The position numbers and the translations under genes are program-made. A stretch of DNA of 63,927 nt, counting the filler, from Vannella sp. (lineage: Eukaryota): the NCBI GenBank assembly GCA_023345925.1. It is 11 parts of 11 records of this genome, joined end to end, with 100 filler letters (N's around TTAATTAATTAA, not from the genome) between each part and the next. Parts side by side here need not be neighbours in the genome. Positions count along the whole stretch, not along the records: positions 54,015 to 59,149 come from JAJQQN010000727.1; positions 59,250 to 63,927 come from JAJQQN010000201.1; 9 more parts are not named here. One strand, given 5' to 3'. Shown here piece after piece: positions 58,201-63,927 of this stretch; position 1 is the first letter of the stretch; every line of letters begins with the position of its first letter. A model generated the notes under the pieces. The model made no database searches. It was not told the origin of the DNA and worked only from the letters and a program-made list of their open reading frames with translations.

Positions 58201-58930
58201 ATGATACGTCCACCAAGGGGGTCTCCGTTCCTGTCGAAATGAATCTCGAAGTACTTTCCGAAGCGAGAGGAGTTGTTGTTTCGCAGGGTCTTCGCGTTAC
58301 CGAACGCCTCAAGCAAAGGGTTGGTACCTAAAATGATCTTTTTGATGTGGTCCAACTTGGCAGAGGACGACGCGCTGCCAGAAACTTCAGAGATGTACTC
58401 CATCACCTTCTTCGCAGCCTCAGTCTTTCCTGCTCCAGATTCACCACTAAAGGAGAGTAAGGCTCGTTGAATATAACAAGAAGAAGAGGAAGAACCTACG
58501 TGATAAGGATACACTGGTTCTCCTTCTCTACCACCATGGTGCGATAAGCCTGCTCGGCTACGCTGTAGATGTGAGGTGGGAGCTCAATTCTTGCCTTTCC
58601 CACATAGCTCTGGATGATCTCAGGGCCGAAGATCTGGAGCCACCGATAAGGGTTCACGGAGATGAGCACCTCAGCGATATTGGTCTGGTTCACAAGTTAA
58701 CAACAGGCTCCAGTGGAGAGGGTGTCATTCTCACGTAGATGATTCCATTGTCGAAACGCTCCTTGAGGTTCTGCATGATTTGCTCATTAGTCAGCTTGGA
58801 CAACAACGTCATGTCGTCCAGCCCAGACTGGGACATCACGTCCTTCCATGCGGGTCCTGTGTTCAAGAAGTTCTACAAGCAAGTGTAAGTTGAACGCCAT
58901 AATCGCCCCGATATGACCAACCTGTGCCAT
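55289..58930 (-). CDS. Long-tailed class I myosin (motor, TH1, Gly/Pro/Arg-rich TH2, SH3); about 5 introns
   Basis: [28 protein letters not shown]-loop [22 protein letters not shown] repeats, SH3 [17 protein letters not shown]. Confidence 0.96.
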
Positions 58931-59149
58931 CTTTGAGGGGAGTGTCACAGTCCAACTGCCCCACCAGAACTGAAGACGAGGAAGGCTCCGATATTCAATC
59001 AAAAGCCCCTAATAATATCTCAATAATTATGATTCTGATTCTGTTTTCTTCATACAACAGAGATTTGTTGTGAGAGATTGATGACTCTAAAAAAAATCGG
59101 CTGAAAACATTCGGAGGCTCATTTTTGATTGACCTCCTTTCGAGAGCAC

Positions 59150-59249
59150 NNNNNNNNNNNNNNNNNNNNNNNNNNNNNNNNNNNNNNNNNNNNTTAATTA
59201 ATTAANNNNNNNNNNNNNNNNNNNNNNNNNNNNNNNNNNNNNNNNNNNN
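59150..59249. other. Artificial contig spacer
   Basis: 44 N + TTAATTAATTAA + 44 N. Confidence 0.98.
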
Positions 59250-60427
59250 AGAAAAGGGACCCCTTCAACTCTTGGGTGTTCCAGAGAATCTGTTACACCA
59301 CAAGGAAGAGTGGCTCCAGTATTCAAGTGGTCCACCAAAAGGTCTGTTAGGTAAGGTGCCCACAGACTTCCTTTTGATCCTAGCCCATTAAAGATGGCAA
59401 AATTGGGATTGCAAGGGTGAATCCCGAGGATGGGCCGGTGATGGATCGTTGTTGGTCGGACACCCACGCGGTGTTCAAGCAAACTTATCTTTTGGGCGGT
59501 CGGAAGCACCTCCTGGAATTGAGACAGCAACTGGTCACGTCCAGTCGGAGAAGCTATTGTATTTGCTGGATTCTCATAAGTGGCACCAACATAATACTGT
59601 TGTCTTCTCAGTATTCGATCTTCTTCCCCTTGGTGCAAGGGAATGCACCAATGTCCATACTTGAGAATGACGCCTTGCAAATCAGGTCCGTCTGTGACTT
59701 CAATAATGATCGCTTCGCCTTTGGTAAAGCGGAAAGGAAGCCAGGAAAACAAAGGGTTGCTCACAGCCCCATAACCTTCGCAGAAGATGACTTGCCAAGG
59801 CAAGCTTGATGCTTTTGCTAATTGATCTGAAAGGTGCTTATTGAAAAGTAAAGGATCACTTCGAGGGTCAGAAAGTAAGCGTAAATCGGCATCACTTTGT
59901 GGATGAGCCCATGATCCCTTCAAAAGACGTCCTTGGTGGGTCAGGTGGTCTTCTATGTGGTCCAATAAGCGAACAGTATCTAATTCGTATGAGTGATTCA
60001 CTGAGAAGCTCCCGAACGGAGCCTTGATCTGCTCGTTCAGAGAGGAATCGAAGGTGTTGGTGTCGTGCTCCCACAATCCATCGAAAGAGGTGTCCTTCTG
60101 TCGTTTGACGAAGGCTTTGCGCGTTCGATGGTCCAGAAGTACCCTTTGTCTCCGAGCGCTAAGGAACGGCTTTGTATGGAAGAAATCGCTGAGTTCACGG
60201 TAGCACTGTAAGGCCTGAGGATACGCTTCATCCCAAAGCCATGGCTTAGCCAAACCAGGCCCCGTCATACTGCTAAACAGGCCTGCAGAGACCCGAGAAG
60301 CTGAGTGAGGATCGGCACTGTTCACCACATACACTGCAGCGCCTTGCAACAGCATCTTCCAAGCCAATAAACTTCCAGCAATACCTTGGCCTACAATGAG
60401 GTAGCGATGGCGGAGGAGAGCTGACAT
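59250..60427 (-). CDS. FAD-dependent oxidoreductase (DAO/glycine oxidase/MnmC-C-terminal superfamily), 3' truncated
   Basis: YLIVGQGIAG, SASRVSAG, IFCEG, KGE, VGATY, GVRPT..RPILG, NGLGSKG. Intronless. Confidence 0.88.
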
Positions 60428-60576
60428 CCCCTTGAACACCGCAAACGAAATGGCTCCCCACAGTGGTGAATTGCAAGAGCAAAACCGATGATGTAAGGTA
60501 AACGAGAAAGTGAATATGTCATGGAAAGGAGAATCAGGGTCGACCGGCTTCATTTTGCTGCTCTCCGTCCACTCTC

Positions 60577-61890
60577 ATGACCACCAAAGTTCGCTCCTCC
60601 AAGTTCCGTCATCTCGTTGGGAACCCCATGCAGTTGAGAGACTGCTACGGTGATGTGACTACTGGTAACATCTCCACAGAGAGCAACGTTATCAAGGCCA
60701 ACAGCGACTTTCTTGCCGTACCTTGGGCTCAGGCAGGCACTGTTTGCGTCAATCCTCTGAACCGCAATGGAGCCATTCCTGAGGACACTCCTCTTATCTA
60801 CAACATCAACAACGATGGAGAAAGGGCTCCCATCAACGAGTTCAACTTTGCCCCACATGACAACTCTCTCCTCGCCATTGCAGGCCAAGATGGAAGCGCT
60901 GGATTCTATAGAATCCCTGTTGGAGGTCTTACGGAAGACATTAAGGACAGTGAGCTCCGCATTCAAGCCAGCGACAAGCGTCTGTTGAGCATTGACTGGC
61001 ACCCTTTGGCAAGCGGTGTTGTGTTCACCTCCGCTGCTGACAAGACTGTTGCTTTCTGGGATGTCGAAGCTGGAGGTTCGAAGACTTTCCAGTTGCCTGA
61101 TGTACACAAGGGCCTTCTCACTGGAACCTCTTGGAATCTGGACGGTTCACAGCTTGCCACATGCGCCAAGGACAAGACTTTGCGTGTCTTCGGTAGGCTT
61201 GCACCCTCTGTAAAGTATGCTTAGAACTCACTTTTTTGTAGATCCCCGCAGCTCGCAACTGATTGGTGTACGTCTGCCCTTTCCTTCTCTCTTTGTTTCC
61301 TTCCCTCTTGTTCTGACTCGGCGTCTCTTTAGGAAGTGGAGAATCACCAAAGTGCAAAGAGCTCGCGTGTCCAGTGGATGTCAGGAACAGACTTGATCAT
61401 CACCACCGGCTTCACCCGTTCCAACGAACGAGAGCTGGCGATTTACGATCCTCGTAGCATCAAAACTCGCTTGGCAACGTACAAGCTGCCCACTTCTTCG
61501 TCCACTTCAATGCTCTTTGAAGATCCGGACAACAATTTGCTCTTCGTGGCTGGAAAGGGAGACGGCAGCATCCTCTTCTTTGAGGTTACTAACGATGCCC
61601 CATGTGTCCATCCCTGCTCCGAGTATAAGAGCAACACCCCTCAGAATGGAATGGTCATGCTCCCTAAGAGCGTGTGCAAGGTGGAAACTTGCGAGATTGG
61701 ACGCTTCCTGAAGTTGAGTGGAACTCGTGTGGAGCCCATTCGCATCCAAGTTCCCCGGCAAGAGTCCTCCTTCTTCCAGGAAGACCTTTTCCCTGATACT
61801 TGGGATCTCAAGTCCACTATGAAGGCTTCCCAATGGCAAAGTGGAGCCAACAATGCCCGCAATCTCGTCAGCCAGGATCCCAATGCCTAA
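60577..61890 (+). CDS. Coronin; 2 introns
   Basis: VRSSKFRH, WD40 repeats, TTGFTRSNERE, AGKGDGSI, CEIGRFLKL, VPRQESSFFQEDLFPDT. Confidence 0.95.
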
Positions 61891-62040
61891 ACCCCTCCAA
61901 AAGGGGGTTTGCCTGCCACTTCAATTTCATTGTGATAAATAAAGCTGCCCAATCAACCTTTCTGAGTAAGAAAATGTTATTTTCGGGAGAGTTCCAGACC
62001 AAGACCTGATCTTCCCTCGAGTGAGGCGTTATCTCTCAAC

Positions 62041-63927
62041 TTAGTGGTGTCCCTGGGGAGGAGCACCATAACCCTGCTGGGGTGGATAACCCTGCTGGGG
62101 TGGATAGCCCTGCTGGGGTGGATAACCCTGCTGAGGATACCCTCCTTGTGGAGCTCCGTAGGGATTAGGAGCACCATAGCCAGGTTGAGGTGCTCCGTAT
62201 GGATTTCCACCTGCAGGAGGCACGCCGTATGGTGAAGGTGCGCCATACCCAGCTGGGGGAGCTCCACCACCGTAAGGATTTCCACCAGGGGCAGGTGCGC
62301 CGTAAGGATTGCCTGCTGGAGCACCATAAGGCGCTGGTGCACCATAAGGATTTGCTACTGGAGCACCATAGGGTGCAGGGGCCCCATATCCAACTGGAGG
62401 GGCACCATAGGGGTTCCCGGCCTGAGGGGGATAGCCAGGGGCTGGAGCGCCGTATGCGCTGTGGACCGCTGCCTGATTGGGGACCATGGAGGTGACAACC
62501 AGGAAGCCGGAGTTCTTGTACCCAATATTGCCTCTTCTCCGAGAGTCGACTAAGGGAATCATCGGGTTCTTCTCGAAGAAGCTTAGAAGGCGGAGAGACA
62601 CCTGGACTTTGCCAATAAGGTCGTTGCTGAGCACTTATGTGAGTAAAGAGAGAAAGGATAGTTGATGGAGAAGGCAACCTACTTTCCGAGCTTGTCGAAA
62701 TCGTAAACCTCAAAGGAGAGTTCCGTGTCGAGACCTCCACTGGCGGACACATCAAGCTGGAAGGGAGCCCAGACAGGGTTGAGATTGTTGTCGATAGTCT
62801 CTGTTCGGTGAAGCTCTTTCTCTCCCACCTTCACGAGAAGGAACGGATCTAGGTCCCTTAGTTAGTTCAAGGAATAATGCAACAAGGCACTGGGGGCACC
62901 TGACTTTCCGACCAAGTCCTTGTCAGTGAGTTTCTGGCCTTTCAGGGAGATGGTGTAGCTTCCTGGCACTTGGTCCAAAGTGGGAGGAATGGGCGCGAAG
63001 CGGGAAACAAAGACAAATCCCGAGTTCTGGTAGCCTCCTTGGCCTCGCAGCCCTGCGTTGATCAGAATGTACTTTGGCGACGCCGAAACAATCTCCCGAA
63101 GGGTTGTGGACGCCACTCCAATCATGTCGTGAGTTCCATCCGGATCGTGATCGAACACTCGAATCTCAAGAGGCGCATCATGCCCTCCACACATTTGCGC
63201 AGTGATGGGAACAGCCTCCCATGTGGGATCGAGGTTGTTTGGCACGTGCTTGGTCAACGCGATGATTTGCCACTGACCTTGGGCTCCCTAAGGATGATAA
63301 GTCAGCACTTTTGATGTTACATTTCAGGCTAACGTACACCACGGGCTCGAGAGAGGACTTGAAGGAAAGGGTCCGACTTTCCCATGATGCCGTCCATCCG
63401 AGGGAGACCTTTTGCTGTGAAGACGATTTCGTAGGCTGCAGGGCGGGGCTTTTGTTGTTGTTCTGCGCGTTGAACAGCAAAGTGACCTGCCTTCTTGCTG
63501 TTGGTGAGGGTGTGAGTAGAACTGAAAGGCCAACCCCTTTCGACTCACCCCCGAGCATCTAACAGTTGCCAGTGGTTGTTCAGTTGACTAACCAGCTCTT
63601 GGATAGAGCAAGTGAATGCACCAATCAGGTCATGGTTGCCGTCAACGTCGTAGTCTGAGACAGAGATGGTCACAGGAGCTGCCATCCCACCTTGCACCGC
63701 GTTAGTGCTCCAAAGCCGGTCTAAGGAAGGCGCTAACCAGCAGCTTCCACATCCACCTCGATGGGCTTCCAAACGGGGTTCAAGTTGTCCATGATGATCT
63801 CGCTGAAAGCGAAAGCGGTCTTGTCTTGTCGCTTGATGACCACAAAAGGGTCCGACTTGCCAAACAACCCGTCCTTTTTGGCGAGCTTGATACCACTGCA
63901 GTGGAGGCTGAAGAACAAGGTTGGGGG
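62041..63927 (-). CDS. Multi-C2 (copine-type C2) protein with Pro/Gly/Tyr/Gln-rich tail (5' truncated)
   Basis: Three C2 units (GKSDPF, NLNPVW, DYDVDGNHDLIG and similar), then NPYGAP and QQGYPP repeats. Confidence 0.85.

Overview
This window is not one locus. It is 11 unrelated contigs joined by ten identical artificial 100-bp spacers (44 N + TTAATTAATTAA + 44 N), so gene neighbourhoods are meaningful only within a contig. The DNA is a very compact, roughly 50% GC eukaryotic nuclear genome with the standard genetic code and short GT-AG introns (mostly about 41-60 nt). It is most likely a non-dictyostelid amoebozoan, inferred from a MyoC-like myosin I, a CARMIL-like protein, Ras/RasGAP, coronin and copine-type C2 proteins. 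Gene models were spliced by hand, and families were recognised from remembered motifs, not from database searches. About 45 genes are supported. The most interesting items are: (1) an intronless bacterial-type carboxylic acid reductase (A-T-R) fused to a membrane anchor and a ZZ zinc finger; (2) an APC/C subunit CDC26 ORF only 46 nt upstream of a minimal Acinus-like gene, a candidate bicistronic locus; (3) a RING-H2 finger whose eighth zinc ligand is an in-frame TGA; (4) a small protein with ABBA, D-box, KEN, CxxC pairs and an MR-like tail, a candidate APC/C inhibitor; (5) a G-U-rich structured RNA element ending in a U6 tract; (6) several bacterial-like enzymes: DUF924-TilS, a secreted penicillin/AHL acylase, an FAD oxidoreductase and a PrsW-like protein; (7) a single-pass mucin-GAIN/GPS receptor.
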